Assembly: GCA_048417135.1 (NCBI GenBank)
Contig: DBFSDV010000002.1
Location: 9,883-73,882, forward strand
Length of the DNA stretch: 64,000 nt
Reading direction: 5' to 3'
From: Candidatus Limivicinus sp.
GTDB lineage: Bacteria > Bacillota > Clostridia > Oscillospirales > Oscillospiraceae
Shown: positions 10,670-20,877 of the stretch, piece by piece
How the letters are laid out: the number at the start of each line of letters is the position of its first letter
Position numbering within the stretch: position 1 is the stretch's first letter
Position numbers and translations under genes: made by a program
The notes under the pieces: generated by a model
Databases searched by the model: none
Told to the model about the DNA's origin: nothing
What the model saw: the letters and a program-made list of their open reading frames with translations, nothing else

Positions 10670-10703
10670 ACCTTCCGCTGAAGTTTGGCTTCAGTTCAGC
10701 TTT

Positions 10704-10779
10704 GCTGGTATAGCTCAGTCGGTAGAGCACTTCACTCGTAATGAAGGGGTCGTGTGTTCGAGTCACATTACCAGCTCCA
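10704..10779 (+). tRNA. tRNA-Thr (anticodon CGU), CCA encoded
   Basis: Cloverleaf read by eye: acceptor GCTGGTA/TACCAGC, D arm GCTC..GAGC, anticodon stem CTTCA/TGAAG with loop CTCGTAA, and T arm GTGTG-TTCGAGT-CACAT. A discriminator T and CCA follow. Confidence 0.9.
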
Positions 10780-10785
10780 TATAAT

Positions 10786-10815
10786 CCGCAGGCGAGTTTT
10801 CGCCTGCGGTTTTTT
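10786..10815 (+). terminator. Rho-independent terminator after tRNA-Thr
   Basis: Stem CCGCAGGCG/CGCCTGCGG followed by TTTTTT. Confidence 0.8.
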
Positions 10816-11026
10816 ATGCCTGCCTGGGGGCGGGGCAGGGGAAGCTCAGTTTTTCCCGGAATTTGTCAAAAAAACTGTGGCAACTTACATTCTCTTGTGC
10901 TATTATAAATAGCCGAAAACTGCGGCACATCTGACTTGATAGGGTAACGCCCGGCGGGATACACGGGCGTAAGGACTTGAAGCGGCGCAGCTCAGACACG
11001 GAAAAAGAAAGCTCAGGTAATTTGCA

Positions 11027-12412
11027 ATGCGTGCAGGAATAAGCAAAGAACAGGAAGACGTGTTTCGGAACCTCCCGGTGTCCAAGGCCCTTTTCAAGAT
11101 GATACTTCCCTCGGTGGCCAGCCAGCTTATAGTCCTCATCTATAATATGGCGGACACCTTTTTTGTGGGCCAGACCAACAATCCCTATATGGTGGCCGGA
11201 ACCTCCCTCATCCTGCCGGTGTTCAATATCAGTCTCTGCCTGGCGGGCCTGGCGGGCATAGGCGGAGGCTCCATGATATCCCGGCTCCTGGGCCAGGAGA
11301 GGGAGGACGAGGCAAAAAAGGTCAGCGCCTTCTCCATGTACCTGGCGATTTTCATTGCCGCCCTTTTCTCCCTGGGCATGTTCCTTTTTATGGAGCCCCT
11401 GCTGAATATCCTGGGGGCGGGGGAGAATACCCATGACTACGCCAGGCAGTACGCCACCTGCGTTATAGTCATCGGCGGCATACCCACGGTATTGTCCAAC
11501 GTGCTATCAAACCTCATCCGCAGCATAGGCCGCTCCAAAGAGGCCAGCACAGGCATCATCCTGGGCGGGCTTTTGAACATCGCCCTGGACCCTCTGTTCA
11601 TGTTCGTGCTCATGCCCAAAGGCAGCGAGGTGCTGGGCGCCGGCATAGCCACCTGCCTATCCAACTGCGTGGCCCTGCTGTTCTTTATAGTGGTGCTCCT
11701 GCGCATGGGCAAAGACTCGGTGATAAGCTTCTCCCCGGCCCTGGGCCTGCCCCGGCGCTCCAGCGTCCTTGCGGTGTTCGGCGTGGGCATACCCTCCGCC
11801 ATCACCACCCTGCTCTTTGATTTGGACTATGTGGTCATTGACAGGCTCATGGTCTCCTACAGCGAGCTGGCTCTGGCCGCCGTTGGAATAGTGCTGAAGG
11901 TGGAGCGCTTCCCCCTGAACGTGGGCGTGGGCATATGCCAGGGCATGATGCCACTGGTGGCCTACAGCTATTCTGCCGGCAACGAGAAGCGCATGAACGA
12001 CACGGTGCGCCTGGCCCGCAGGCTTGGCCTCACCGTGGCGCTGGTGAGCATCCTGCTCTATGAGCTCTTTGCTCCGGCATTTTCCAGGCTCTTCATCTCC
12101 GACGCCGAGACGGTGGCCTTGGCCGCGCAGTTTTTGCGGGTGCGGGTGCTGGCGACCCCGCTGATGTTCATGAGCTTTTTCACCGTCTATCTGTTCCAGG
12201 CCTTCGGCAAGGGGAGCATCGCTTTGTTCCTGGGCGTCACCCGCTGGGTGGTGTTCAACATTCCCATGCTCTTCCTGCTCAACAGCATCTTCGGCATGTT
12301 CGGCCTGGTCTGGTCTCAGGCCGCTGCGGACAGCCTCACAGTCCTGCTTTCACTTTACGTCTATAAACGCTTCAGACCTGCCACCGGCGGCCTGGCTTCG
12401 GCAAAGACATAG
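11027..12412 (+). CDS. MATE-family efflux transporter
   Basis: 461 aa and ~12 TM, with a typical MATE N-terminus (LPSVASQLIVLIYNMADTFFVGQ). Confidence 0.85.
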   Translation: MRAGISKEQEDVFRNLPVSKALFKMILPSVASQLIVLIYNMADTFFVGQTNNPYMVAGTSLILPVFNISLCLAGLAGIGGGSMISRLLGQEREDEAKKVSAFSMYLAIFIAALFSLGMFLFMEPLLNILGAGENTHDYARQYATCVIVIGGIPTVLSNVLSNLIRSIGRSKEASTGIILGGLLNIALDPLFMFVLMPKGSEVLGAGIATCLSNCVALLFFIVVLLRMGKDSVISFSPALGLPRRSSVLAVFGVGIPSAITTLLFDLDYVVIDRLMVSYSELALAAVGIVLKVERFPLNVGVGICQGMMPLVAYSYSAGNEKRMNDTVRLARRLGLTVALVSILLYELFAPAFSRLFISDAETVALAAQFLRVRVLATPLMFMSFFTVYLFQAFGKGSIALFLGVTRWVVFNIPMLFLLNSIFGMFGLVWSQAAADSLTVLLSLYVYKRFRPATGGLASAKT

Positions 12413-12462
12413 ATTCTGAGGAAAAAGTTTAGGCATTGTTTATACATTTACTGCCAAAAGAC

Positions 12463-12492
12463 TTTACTATTAAACGGGATATGTGATATAAT
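12463..12492 (+). promoter_or_regulatory. sigma-A promoter (TTTACT-18-TATAAT) for the TetR gene
   Basis: Hexamers at 12463-12468 and 12487-12492, with a TG 2 nt upstream of the -10 element. Confidence 0.45.
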
Positions 12493-12525
12493 GTCTGCGA
12501 TACATAGCAGGAGGGGTGAGGAAAA

Positions 12526-13089
12526 ATGGCGTCATCTACAAAGCGGGCCCTTGCTGACGCGCTGAAACAAATGATGGAAGTCAAGCCCATAGCAAAAATT
12601 ACAGTGAAGGACCTGGTGGAGATCTGCAAGGTGAACAGACAGACCTTCTATTATCACTTTGACGATGTATATGACCTTCTGGAGTGGGTGTTCGAGGAGG
12701 ACGCCAACCGCGTCCTGCCCAAGGAAGTTATCTACGAGCGCTGGCAGGAGGACGTTATGGTATTCTTCCAGTACCTTTACGATAACTCCAGCTTTGCCCT
12801 GAATATCTATAATTCCGGCAGCCGGCTGTATATGCTGCGCTTTTTGAAGACCCGCCTGGAGAGCTGCATCAGGAGCTTTGCGGATATCGTCTCCGAGGGC
12901 ATGAATATAGACAAGCAGGACTATGATTTCGTTATAGAGTTCTACTCCAACGGCATCATCGGCCTTATCTCCCAGTGGATGGATATGAACATGCAGACCC
13001 CCAAGGTCATCACCCAGGAGCGGCTCATAAAGATGCTGGGGGGCAGCGTGGAGAATATGCTCTCCCGCTTCCAGAACCCCGTGAACTGA
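12526..13089 (+). CDS. TetR/AcrR-family transcriptional regulator
   Basis: 187 aa with an N-terminal HTH (KITVKDLVEICKVNRQTFYYHFDDVYDLLEWVF), typical of DhaS-like TetR proteins. It lies downstream of the MATE pump. Confidence 0.8.
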   Translation: MASSTKRALADALKQMMEVKPIAKITVKDLVEICKVNRQTFYYHFDDVYDLLEWVFEEDANRVLPKEVIYERWQEDVMVFFQYLYDNSSFALNIYNSGSRLYMLRFLKTRLESCIRSFADIVSEGMNIDKQDYDFVIEFYSNGIIGLISQWMDMNMQTPKVITQERLIKMLGGSVENMLSRFQNPVN

Positions 13090-13111
13090 ACATAAGCTGT
13101 CCGGAACGAAG

Positions 13112-13158
13112 CCGGGCGGAAGAAGGAGCGCTGTAAGCTCCGCTTCCGCCCGGTTTCT
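13112..13158 (+). terminator. Rho-independent terminator after the TetR gene
   Basis: Stem CCGGGCGGAAG...CTTCCGCCCGG followed by TTTCT. Confidence 0.6.
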
Positions 13159-13187
13159 GCATTTGATACCAGGATATATTTTAGCTG

Positions 13188-13216
13188 TTGAAAGCTGAGT
13201 AAAAGCAGGTTATAAT
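13188..13216 (+). promoter_or_regulatory. sigma-A promoter (TTGAAA-17-TATAAT) for ybaK-uvrA
   Basis: Hexamers at 13188-13193 and 13211-13216. Confidence 0.5.
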
Positions 13217-13249
13217 AAAGTGTTGGAACTCTCTGAGGGAGGAGCTAAA

Positions 13250-13732
13250 ATGGCAGAACAGAAAACCAATGTCATGCGCTTTCTGGCGCAGAAGAAGATA
13301 AAATATACGCCTCATGAGTATTCCCACGGGGACGGGGCCGTCGACGGAGTGACCGCGGCGGCGCTCATCGGCGTGCCGGCGGAAAAGGTCTTCAAGACCC
13401 TGGTCACCAGAGGGGCCGGCAAGGGCATCTATGTCTTTGTCATCCCCGTGGCCAAGGAGCTGGAGCTGAAAAAAGCGGCCCGGGCCGTGGGGGAGAAATC
13501 CGTCGCCATGATACATGTGAGCGAGCTGCTGGGCCTGACGGGCTATGTCCGGGGCGGCTGCTCCCCGCTGGGCATGAAAAAGCAGTACCCCACAGTCATC
13601 CACCGCAGCGCCGTCGGGCTGGACACTATAGTGGTCAGCGCCGGGAAGATAGGCTTTCAGGTGGAGCTGGACCCCCAGGAGCTGATAAAGCTCACCGGGG
13701 GAAAATTTGAGGATGTAGTTACCGAGGATTGA
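13250..13732 (+). CDS. ybaK: Cys-tRNA(Pro)/Cys-tRNA(Cys) deacylase, YbaK/EbsC family
   Basis: [24 protein letters not shown]... and ...[14 protein letters not shown]. The SD GGGAGGAG lies upstream of ATG 13250. Confidence 0.8.
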   Translation: MAEQKTNVMRFLAQKKIKYTPHEYSHGDGAVDGVTAAALIGVPAEKVFKTLVTRGAGKGIYVFVIPVAKELELKKAARAVGEKSVAMIHVSELLGLTGYVRGGCSPLGMKKQYPTVIHRSAVGLDTIVVSAGKIGFQVELDPQELIKLTGGKFEDVVTED

Positions 13733-16560
13733 GTATGCAGGATAAGATATATATTAAAGGCGCCAGGGAGAACAACCTGAAAAACATCGACCTGGAGATA
13801 CCCAGGGACAAGCTGGTGGTCATCACCGGCCTCTCCGGCAGCGGCAAGTCCTCTCTTGCCTTTGACACCATATATGCCGAGGGCCAGCGCCGCTATGTGG
13901 AGAGCCTCAGCTCCTACGCCCGGATGTTCCTGGGCCAGATGGACAAGCCGGACGTGGACTATATCGACGGCCTCTCCCCGGCCATATCCATAGACCAGAA
14001 GACCACCTCCAAAAACCCCCGCTCCACCGTGGGCACCGTCACCGAGATATACGACTATCTCCGCCTGCTCTGGGCCAGGGTGGGCGTGCCCCATTGTCCC
14101 AAGTGCGGCAAGGAGATACGCCGCCAGACCATAGACCAGATAGTGGACCGGATAATGGAGCTGCCCCAGGGCACCAGAATACAGGTGCTCTCCCCGGTGG
14201 TGCGCTCCCGGAAAGGCGAGCACGCAAAGGTCTTTGAGGACGCCAAGAAGGCGGGCTATGTGCGCGTCCGGGTGGACGGGATAGCCTATGAGCTCTCGGA
14301 AGAGATAAAGCTGGAGAAGAACAAGAAGCACAATATAGAGATAGTGGTGGACCGGCTGGTGATTAAACCGGACCTGACCCGCCGCCTCACCGACTCTGCG
14401 GAGACGGCCATGGCCCTCTCTGGAGGGTTGCTGTATATCGACCTGGTGTCCAGCGGGGAGCAGCTCAGCTTCTCCCAGAACTACGCCTGCGACGACTGCG
14501 GCATATCCCTGGAGGAGCTGGAGCCCCGGCTCTTCTCCTTCAACAATCCCCACGGCGCCTGTCCCACCTGTACGGGCCTGGGAGTGCAGCTGCTGGTGGA
14601 CCCGGAGCTCATCATGCCGAACCCGGAGCTGAGCATAGCCGAGGGGGCCATAGTGGCCTCCGGCTGGAACAACATCAAGGGGGACTCCATCTCCCGCATG
14701 TATTTTGACGCCCTGGCAAAGCGCTACCATTTCAAGCTGAACGAGCCGGTGAGCCGGCTCTCCAAAGAGGCCATGGACGCCATACTCTACGGCACCAAGG
14801 GCGAGCCCCTGCAGCTGAGGTACGAGCGCAACGAGGGCTACGGCATCATCCGCCGGGAGTTTGAAGGCATAGTCAACAATCTGGAGCGACGCTACAGGGA
14901 GACCCAGAGCCCGGCCATGCGGGCGGACATAGAGGAGTGTATGTCCGAGACGCCCTGCCCGGACTGCGGGGGCATGCGCCTTAAAAAGACCGCCCTGGCG
15001 GTGACCGTGGGCGGCATGAACATTGCCGACTTCTGCTCTCTGTCGGTGTTCAAGGCCCTGGAGTTTATTGACTCCCTGGAGCTCACGGAAAAGGAGCAGA
15101 TTATAGCCGAGCGCATTGTGAAGGAGATAAAGGCCCGCCTGGGCTTTCTCATCAGCGTTGGCCTGGGCTACCTGTCCCTGGCCCGCTCCGCCGCCACCCT
15201 CTCCGGCGGCGAGAGCCAGCGCATACGCCTGGCCACCCAGATAGGCTCCAGCCTCATGGGCGTGCTGTACATCCTGGACGAGCCCAGCATAGGCCTGCAC
15301 CAGCGGGACAACGAAAAGCTGCTGAACACCCTCAAGCAGCTGCGGGACCTGGGCAATACCCTCATCGTGGTGGAGCACGACGAGGACACCATACGCTCCG
15401 CCGACTACGTGGTGGATATCGGCCCCGGGGCCGGAGTCAACGGGGGAGAGGTGGTCTGCGCCGGCAGCGTGGAGGACATCTGCGCCTGTCCCGGCTCCAT
15501 CACCGGCCAGTATCTCAGCGGCCGGATGAAGATACCCGTGCCGGAAAAGCGCCGCCCCGGAAACGGGAAGTTCATCAAGATATGCGGCGCCAGGGAGAAC
15601 AACCTGAAAAATATCGACGTGGATATACCTCTTGGCAAGCTCATCTGCGTCACCGGCGTCTCCGGCAGCGGCAAATCTTCCCTCATAAACGAGATATTCT
15701 ACAAGACCCTGGCGGCGGAGAAGAACCGGGTGAAGGTCCGGCCCGGCAAGAGCGACGGGCTGAAGGGCCTGGAGTATGTGGACAAGGTCATAGCCCTGGA
15801 CCAGAGCCCCATAGGCCGCACCCCCCGCTCAAACCCCGCCACCTATACCGGGGTGTTCAACGATATCAGGAACCTCTTTGCCTCCACCCAGGACGCACGA
15901 CTGAGGGGCTATAACCAGGGCCGCTTCTCCTTCAATGTGAAGGGAGGGCGCTGCGAGGCCTGCTGCGGCGACGGACTTTTGAAGGTGGAGATGCACTTTT
16001 TGCCGGACGTGTACGTACCCTGCGAGGTCTGCGGCGGCAAGCGCTACAACCGGGAGACCCTGGAAGTGAAGTATAAAGGCAAGAGCATTGCCGACGTGCT
16101 GGACATGACCGTGGAGGAGGCCTGCGCCTTCTTTGAAAACCAGCCCAAGATCTACAGCAAGATAAAAACCCTCTACGAAGTGGGCCTGGGCTATGTGCGG
16201 CTGGGACAGTCCAGCACCACTCTCTCCGGCGGCGAGGCCCAGCGGGTGAAGCTGGCAACGGAGCTTTCAAAGAAGAGCACCGGCTCCACCGTCTACGTGC
16301 TGGACGAGCCCACCACGGGCCTGCATGTGGCGGACGTCCACCGGCTTATAAACATCCTGGACAAGTTCGTGGACGCCGGGAACACGGTGGTAGTCATAGA
16401 GCACAATCTGGACGTCATCAAGGTGGCCGACCACATAATCGACCTGGGCCCCGAGGGGGGCGACGGAGGCGGAGAGCTGGTCTTTGCCGGCACCCCCGAG
16501 GACTGCGCCAGGTGCCCGGAGAGCTTTACCGGCCAGTTTTTGAAGCCCCTGCTCAAGTGA
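13729..16560 (+). CDS. uvrA: excinuclease ABC subunit A
   Basis: 943 aa with two ABC modules ([23 protein letters not shown]; [13 protein letters not shown]), Zn-finger CxxC pairs and LSGGE signatures. Confidence 0.95.
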   Translation: MSMQDKIYIKGARENNLKNIDLEIPRDKLVVITGLSGSGKSSLAFDTIYAEGQRRYVESLSSYARMFLGQMDKPDVDYIDGLSPAISIDQKTTSKNPRSTVGTVTEIYDYLRLLWARVGVPHCPKCGKEIRRQTIDQIVDRIMELPQGTRIQVLSPVVRSRKGEHAKVFEDAKKAGYVRVRVDGIAYELSEEIKLEKNKKHNIEIVVDRLVIKPDLTRRLTDSAETAMALSGGLLYIDLVSSGEQLSFSQNYACDDCGISLEELEPRLFSFNNPHGACPTCTGLGVQLLVDPELIMPNPELSIAEGAIVASGWNNIKGDSISRMYFDALAKRYHFKLNEPVSRLSKEAMDAILYGTKGEPLQLRYERNEGYGIIRREFEGIVNNLERRYRETQSPAMRADIEECMSETPCPDCGGMRLKKTALAVTVGGMNIADFCSLSVFKALEFIDSLELTEKEQIIAERIVKEIKARLGFLISVGLGYLSLARSAATLSGGESQRIRLATQIGSSLMGVLYILDEPSIGLHQRDNEKLLNTLKQLRDLGNTLIVVEHDEDTIRSADYVVDIGPGAGVNGGEVVCAGSVEDICACPGSITGQYLSGRMKIPVPEKRRPGNGKFIKICGARENNLKNIDVDIPLGKLICVTGVSGSGKSSLINEIFYKTLAAEKNRVKVRPGKSDGLKGLEYVDKVIALDQSPIGRTPRSNPATYTGVFNDIRNLFASTQDARLRGYNQGRFSFNVKGGRCEACCGDGLLKVEMHFLPDVYVPCEVCGGKRYNRETLEVKYKGKSIADVLDMTVEEACAFFENQPKIYSKIKTLYEVGLGYVRLGQSSTTLSGGEAQRVKLATELSKKSTGSTVYVLDEPTTGLHVADVHRLINILDKFVDAGNTVVVIEHNLDVIKVADHIIDLGPEGGDGGGELVFAGTPEDCARCPESFTGQFLKPLLK

Positions 16561-16606
16561 CCGGGGACGGGCTCCACCCATAGTATGCTGTGGGGAGGTG
16601 TCCCGG

Positions 16607-16960
16607 GTGTACAAAATTACAGTGATAATGGCCGCGCTTTTGCTCTTCCTGCTGCTGATATATTTAACGGCGAGAGCCTTTCCCGGCAGGGCGGGGCTGG
16701 GCAGGAACAGCCGCCTGCACCTGCTGCTGGAGGTGAGGGGCCGGGAGCCCCGGCTGGAGCGGAGCGTGGAAGAGCTGCTGCTGGTCATGAACGGCAGCAG
16801 GCTTTACGGAGATATCCTTATCCGGGGCAGCCTGCTGGATGAGGATACCCGGGCGGCGGCCCGGGCGCTGGCGGAGAGACACGGCTGCGTTACATTTATT
16901 GAGGACGGAGAATCCCCATGGACCAGGAAAACGAGCTGCTGGAAATATCCGGCACAGTAG
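16607..16960 (+). CDS. hypothetical small membrane-anchored protein
   Basis: A GTG start lies 8 nt after GGAGG. There is one N-terminal TM (ITVIMAALLLFLLLIYL) and an ~80-aa soluble tail. The 3' end overlaps recD2 by 43 nt. I recognised no family. Confidence 0.4.
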   Translation: MYKITVIMAALLLFLLLIYLTARAFPGRAGLGRNSRLHLLLEVRGREPRLERSVEELLLVMNGSRLYGDILIRGSLLDEDTRAAARALAERHGCVTFIEDGESPWTRKTSCWKYPAQ

Positions 16961-19140
16961 AAAACATCATATATAAGAACGAGGAGAACGGCTATACCGT
17001 CCTGCGCCTGAAGAACGACAGCGGGGAAACGCTCACGGTGGTGGGCTGTTTCCCCTACGCCGCCGCCGGGGAGTCCATGATTATCAGCGGCGGCTGGACC
17101 AACCACAGTGTCCACGGCCGCCAGTTCAAGGCGGAGTTTGCCCAGCGGCTGCTGCCCACCAGCGCCAACGCCATCTACCAGTTTTTGGCGGGGGGCACGG
17201 TGAAGGGCGTGGGCCCGGCCACCGCCTCCCTCATCGTCAACCGCTTCGGGGACAAGACCCTGGACGTGATGCTCAACTCCTGGCAGCAGCTTGCGGAGAT
17301 ACGGGGCATCAGCCAGGCCAAGGCAAAGCAGATATCCGACAGTTTCCGCCGCCAGGCGGGGGTGCGCATGCTGATGGAGTTCGTGTGCTCCTTCGGCCTG
17401 CGGCCCATCCTGGCCATGCGCATGTACAAGTACTACGGGGACGAGGCCCTGGATTCCCTGCGGGCCAACCCCTACATACTCACCGGCAGCATGATAGGCG
17501 GCAGCTTTGCCGAGGCGGACGCCATGGCCCTGGAGCTGGGCATAGAGGAGCACAGCAAGAACCGCATAAACGCCGCCGTGCTCTTTGAACTGGCCCACAA
17601 TACCGGAAACGGCCACTGCTTCATTCCCCGGGAAAAGCTCTCGGCGGTGACGGCGGAGCTCATCGGCCTGGATACCGAACCCGTCGACGAGTGTATACAG
17701 GAGCTTATTGAGGACGGGCAGCTGCGCTATGAGGAGGTGGCGGGCTGCCGGGCCTGCTATCTGCCGGAGCTGTATGAGGCGGAGACCAATGCCGCAGAGC
17801 GCTTTGCCGCCATGAGCAAGCGCCGCTTCAATGACCGGGCGGATACGGACAAGCTGTTGGAAAAACTGGAAAAGAGCCAGGGGATAAAGTACGCTCCCAT
17901 GCAGCGCAAGACCCTGGAGCTGGCCTTGAAGAACCAGCTGCTGGTTATAACCGGCGGCCCCGGTACCGGCAAGACCACCTCCATCCGGGCCATACTTGCC
18001 CTGTATGAGCAGTTGGGCCTGAAGGCCCTGCTCACCGCCCCCACAGGCCGGGCGGCAAATCGTATGAGCGAGCTCAGCGGCATGGAGGCCAGCACCGTCC
18101 ATCGGCTCCTGGGCGCCAGGTTTGACGAGGAAGGGGACCGGGTGATATTTACCCGGGACGAGGAGGACCAGCTTGACTGCGACGCCGTCATCCTGGACGA
18201 AAGCTCCATGGTGGATACCTGCCTCATGGACGCCCTGCTCCGGGCCATGCCCCCGGACGCAAGGCTGGTGATGGTGGGGGACGCCGACCAGCTGCCGCCG
18301 GTGGGCCCGGGGAACGTGTTCTCCGCCCTGCTGCGCAGCCAGGTGGTGCCGGTGGTGCGCCTTACGGAGATATTCAGGCAGAACCAGGGCAGCCGGATAA
18401 TCCGCAACGCCCACATGATAAACCGGGGGGAGCACCCGAACCTGGCGGAAAACTCCGGGGATTTCTTCCGGCTAAAGCGCCTCCAGGCGGCAAGCTCAGT
18501 TGAGACCATCACCGAGCTGTGCTCCGTGCGCCTGCCGGGGAAAATGAAGATACCCCCGGAGGATATCCAGGTCCTCTCTCCCACAAGGAAAGGGGAGCTG
18601 GGCACGGTGAACCTGAACCGCCGCCTCCAGGAGGTACTGAACCCCGCCGGAAAGGACAAGAAGGAAAAGCTCTTCGGCGACGCTGTCTTCCGGGAGGGAG
18701 ACAGGGTGATGCAGATACGCAATAACTATGATATAATGTGGAAGGATAAGTCCGGCAAAGAGAGCGGAGCCGGGATATACAACGGGGATATCGGCACCGT
18801 GGAGAGCATAGATGCTGAGGCGGAGACCATTACCGTGGACTTTGACGGGCGCATAGCCAGCTTCGGCTTTGAGTCTCTCATCGAGCTGGAACACGCCTGG
18901 GCCATAACCGTCCATAAAGCCCAGGGCAGCGAGTACAGGGCGGTGATCCTGGCCCTCAGCTCCGGCTCCCAGATGCTCATGACCCGGGGCGTGCTGTATA
19001 CTGCGGTGACCCGGGCAAAGGAGCTGATGATAATGGTGGGGGACGACCAGACCGCCTACCAGATGATAGATAATTTCCGCCAGTCCAAAAGGTATACCGC
19101 CCTGCGGGTGCGCCTGAGAAAGCTGTGCGGTGTGGAATGA
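16918..19140 (+). CDS. recD2: ATP-dependent RecD2-like DNA helicase (RecD/TraA family)
   Basis: 740 aa, N-terminus ELLEISGTVENIIYKNEENGYTVLRL, Walker A GGPGTGKTT, and C-terminus YTAVTRAK. Confidence 0.9.
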   Translation: MDQENELLEISGTVENIIYKNEENGYTVLRLKNDSGETLTVVGCFPYAAAGESMIISGGWTNHSVHGRQFKAEFAQRLLPTSANAIYQFLAGGTVKGVGPATASLIVNRFGDKTLDVMLNSWQQLAEIRGISQAKAKQISDSFRRQAGVRMLMEFVCSFGLRPILAMRMYKYYGDEALDSLRANPYILTGSMIGGSFAEADAMALELGIEEHSKNRINAAVLFELAHNTGNGHCFIPREKLSAVTAELIGLDTEPVDECIQELIEDGQLRYEEVAGCRACYLPELYEAETNAAERFAAMSKRRFNDRADTDKLLEKLEKSQGIKYAPMQRKTLELALKNQLLVITGGPGTGKTTSIRAILALYEQLGLKALLTAPTGRAANRMSELSGMEASTVHRLLGARFDEEGDRVIFTRDEEDQLDCDAVILDESSMVDTCLMDALLRAMPPDARLVMVGDADQLPPVGPGNVFSALLRSQVVPVVRLTEIFRQNQGSRIIRNAHMINRGEHPNLAENSGDFFRLKRLQAASSVETITELCSVRLPGKMKIPPEDIQVLSPTRKGELGTVNLNRRLQEVLNPAGKDKKEKLFGDAVFREGDRVMQIRNNYDIMWKDKSGKESGAGIYNGDIGTVESIDAEAETITVDFDGRIASFGFESLIELEHAWAITVHKAQGSEYRAVILALSSGSQMLMTRGVLYTAVTRAKELMIMVGDDQTAYQMIDNFRQSKRYTALRVRLRKLCGVE

Positions 19141-19790
19141 AGCTGCTGGACTGGCTGCTGGATCTGGTGTATCCGCCCCGCTGTGCCTTCTGCCGTCGGC
19201 TTTTGCCCGACGGGGTGAGGGGAGTGTGCCGCTTTTGCGAGAGCAAGCTGCCCTTCGTTCCCCCGGAGGGGCAGGTGCAGCGCTTCAAAAATGTTGACAA
19301 GTGTCTGGCGCCTTTGTATTATGAAGGCTCCGTGCGGGAATCCCTGCACCGCTATAAATTTTCCTCCCTCACCGCCTACGCGGATATTTACAGCGAATTT
19401 ATGGGAAAATGTATTGACGAAAACGGCATTTCCTGCGATATTATCACTTGGATACCTTTGAGCCGCCGCAGGCTGAGGAAGCGGGGCTACGACCAGGCGG
19501 AGCTGCTGGCCCGGCTGATAGGCAAAAGACAGGGTTTTAGCTGTGCCCGGCTTCTTAAAAAGCTCAGAGACAATCCGCCCCAGTCCGGCACCGGCAGCCC
19601 GGAAAAACGAAGGGCCAACGTGAAAGGCATATATGCCTGTACAAAGCCGGAACTGGTAAAGGGAAAGACCGTACTGCTTGTAGACGATATAGTCACCACC
19701 GGCGCAACTTTATCCGAGGCGGCGGGGGTGCTTAAAAAATCCGGTGCCGCAGCGGTCTATTGCGCCGCCGTGGCCAGAAGCGGGAAATAA
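19137..19790 (+). CDS. comFC: ComF-family protein (phosphoribosyltransferase domain)
   Basis: N-terminal Cys pairs (YPPRCAFC...CRFC) and PRTase motif VLLVDDIVTTGATL. Its ATG overlaps the recD2 stop (ATGA). Confidence 0.85.
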   Translation: MKLLDWLLDLVYPPRCAFCRRLLPDGVRGVCRFCESKLPFVPPEGQVQRFKNVDKCLAPLYYEGSVRESLHRYKFSSLTAYADIYSEFMGKCIDENGISCDIITWIPLSRRRLRKRGYDQAELLARLIGKRQGFSCARLLKKLRDNPPQSGTGSPEKRRANVKGIYACTKPELVKGKTVLLVDDIVTTGATLSEAAGVLKKSGAAAVYCAAVARSGK

Positions 19791-19815
19791 AATCAAAAGT
19801 ACAGAGGAGACACAT

Positions 19816-20847
19816 ATGAATCTTTTCGAGAGAGATATTGCCGTGGATATGGGGACATCTTCTACCCTGCTTTTTGAGCAGGGCAAGGGCGTTGTGGCCA
19901 GGGAGCCGACTGTAGTGGCCGTTGACAAGTTCAGCGGCAGGATATTGAAAATAGGCCAGGACGCCCAGCGGATGCTGGGCCGCACCCCCGCCAACATCGT
20001 AGCCATCCACCCCATAAACGCCGGCGTCATCTCCGACTATGAGATAACCGCCCAGATGCTCAGGGAGCTGGTGAGCCGCATAACCTCTTTCAGCCTCTTC
20101 AAGCCCTGCATCCTGGCCTGCGTGCCCAGCAGCATCACCGGCGTGGAGGAGCGGGCCGTCATCGACGCCGCCATCGAGGCGGGAGCCAGAAAGGTCTACC
20201 TGCTGGAGACCGCCGTGGCCACCGCCATGGGCGCCGGCGTGGACATTTCCAAGGCCGACGGCCACATGATAATAGACATCGGCGGCGGCACCACGGAGAT
20301 AGCCATAGTCTCCGCCGGCGGCGTGGTGGAATGCGAGTCCATCAAGATAGCCGGAGCCAGCTTTGACGAGTCCATAGTGAGATTCATAAAGCAAAAGTAC
20401 GACATGCTCATAGGCCTGAGCACCGCCGAGGAGCTCAAGCGCAGCATAGGCTGCGTTATACAGCGGCCGGACGTGGGCTATGAGGAGATAAAGGGCCGTG
20501 ACCTGGCCAACGGCCTGCCCAAGACCGTGCAGGTCAGCTCCACGGAGCTTATCGAGGCCTTTGTCGAACCCATGAACCATATCCTGGAAGCCATACACAC
20601 CGTGCTGGAGCGCACTCCTCCCCAGCTGGTGGGCGACCTGGATAAAAACGGAATCATCATGTCCGGCGGCGGCAGCCTCATCTACGGCATAGACAGGCTC
20701 ATAGAGCGCAGCACCGGCATCCGCACCGTGGTGGTGGATGACGCCGTATCCTGCGCCGCCTACGGCGCCGGCAAAATGCTCATGCACCTGGAGGACCTCC
20801 AGGACGGAATGATGAACTTCTACAGAAAGCGCCAGCTGAAAGGCTGA
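19816..20847 (+). CDS. mreB: rod-shape-determining actin homologue MreB/Mbl
   Basis: MNLFERDIAVDMGTSSTLL... and DIGGGTTEIAIVS. The SD AGAGGAG lies upstream of ATG 19816. Confidence 0.9.
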   Translation: MNLFERDIAVDMGTSSTLLFEQGKGVVAREPTVVAVDKFSGRILKIGQDAQRMLGRTPANIVAIHPINAGVISDYEITAQMLRELVSRITSFSLFKPCILACVPSSITGVEERAVIDAAIEAGARKVYLLETAVATAMGAGVDISKADGHMIIDIGGGTTEIAIVSAGGVVECESIKIAGASFDESIVRFIKQKYDMLIGLSTAEELKRSIGCVIQRPDVGYEEIKGRDLANGLPKTVQVSSTELIEAFVEPMNHILEAIHTVLERTPPQLVGDLDKNGIIMSGGGSLIYGIDRLIERSTGIRTVVVDDAVSCAAYGAGKMLMHLEDLQDGMMNFYRKRQLKG

Positions 20848-20877
20848 TAAATTTCAAAAGGGAAGGGAGAGCCGGAG

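Noticed and set aside
10292-10703. The AT-rich spacer as a replication origin or a CRISPR/leader-like element, and minus-strand ORF 10390-10587.
   Set aside because: There are no DnaA boxes (TTATCCACA or its complement) and no dnaA/dnaN nearby. The repeats are only 2 copies with no spacer-repeat periodicity. The 65-aa ORF has no SD and a low-complexity translation.
10880-11026. A possible ykkC/guanidine-type riboswitch in the ~130-nt leader of the MATE pump. The evidence was faint similarity of GATAGGGTAACGCC ... GGACTTGAAG ... ACACGGAAAAAGAAAGCTCAGG to the ykkC consensus, and AGCTCAG occurring three times.
   Set aside because: The match to the conserved ykkC core (CTAGGGTTCCG / GGTCCGAGAG / ACGG.GGGA.AAAAGCCCGGGAGA) is too poor, and I could not draw the expected helices. 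Only a cmscan against Rfam RF00442 and its variants could revive it.
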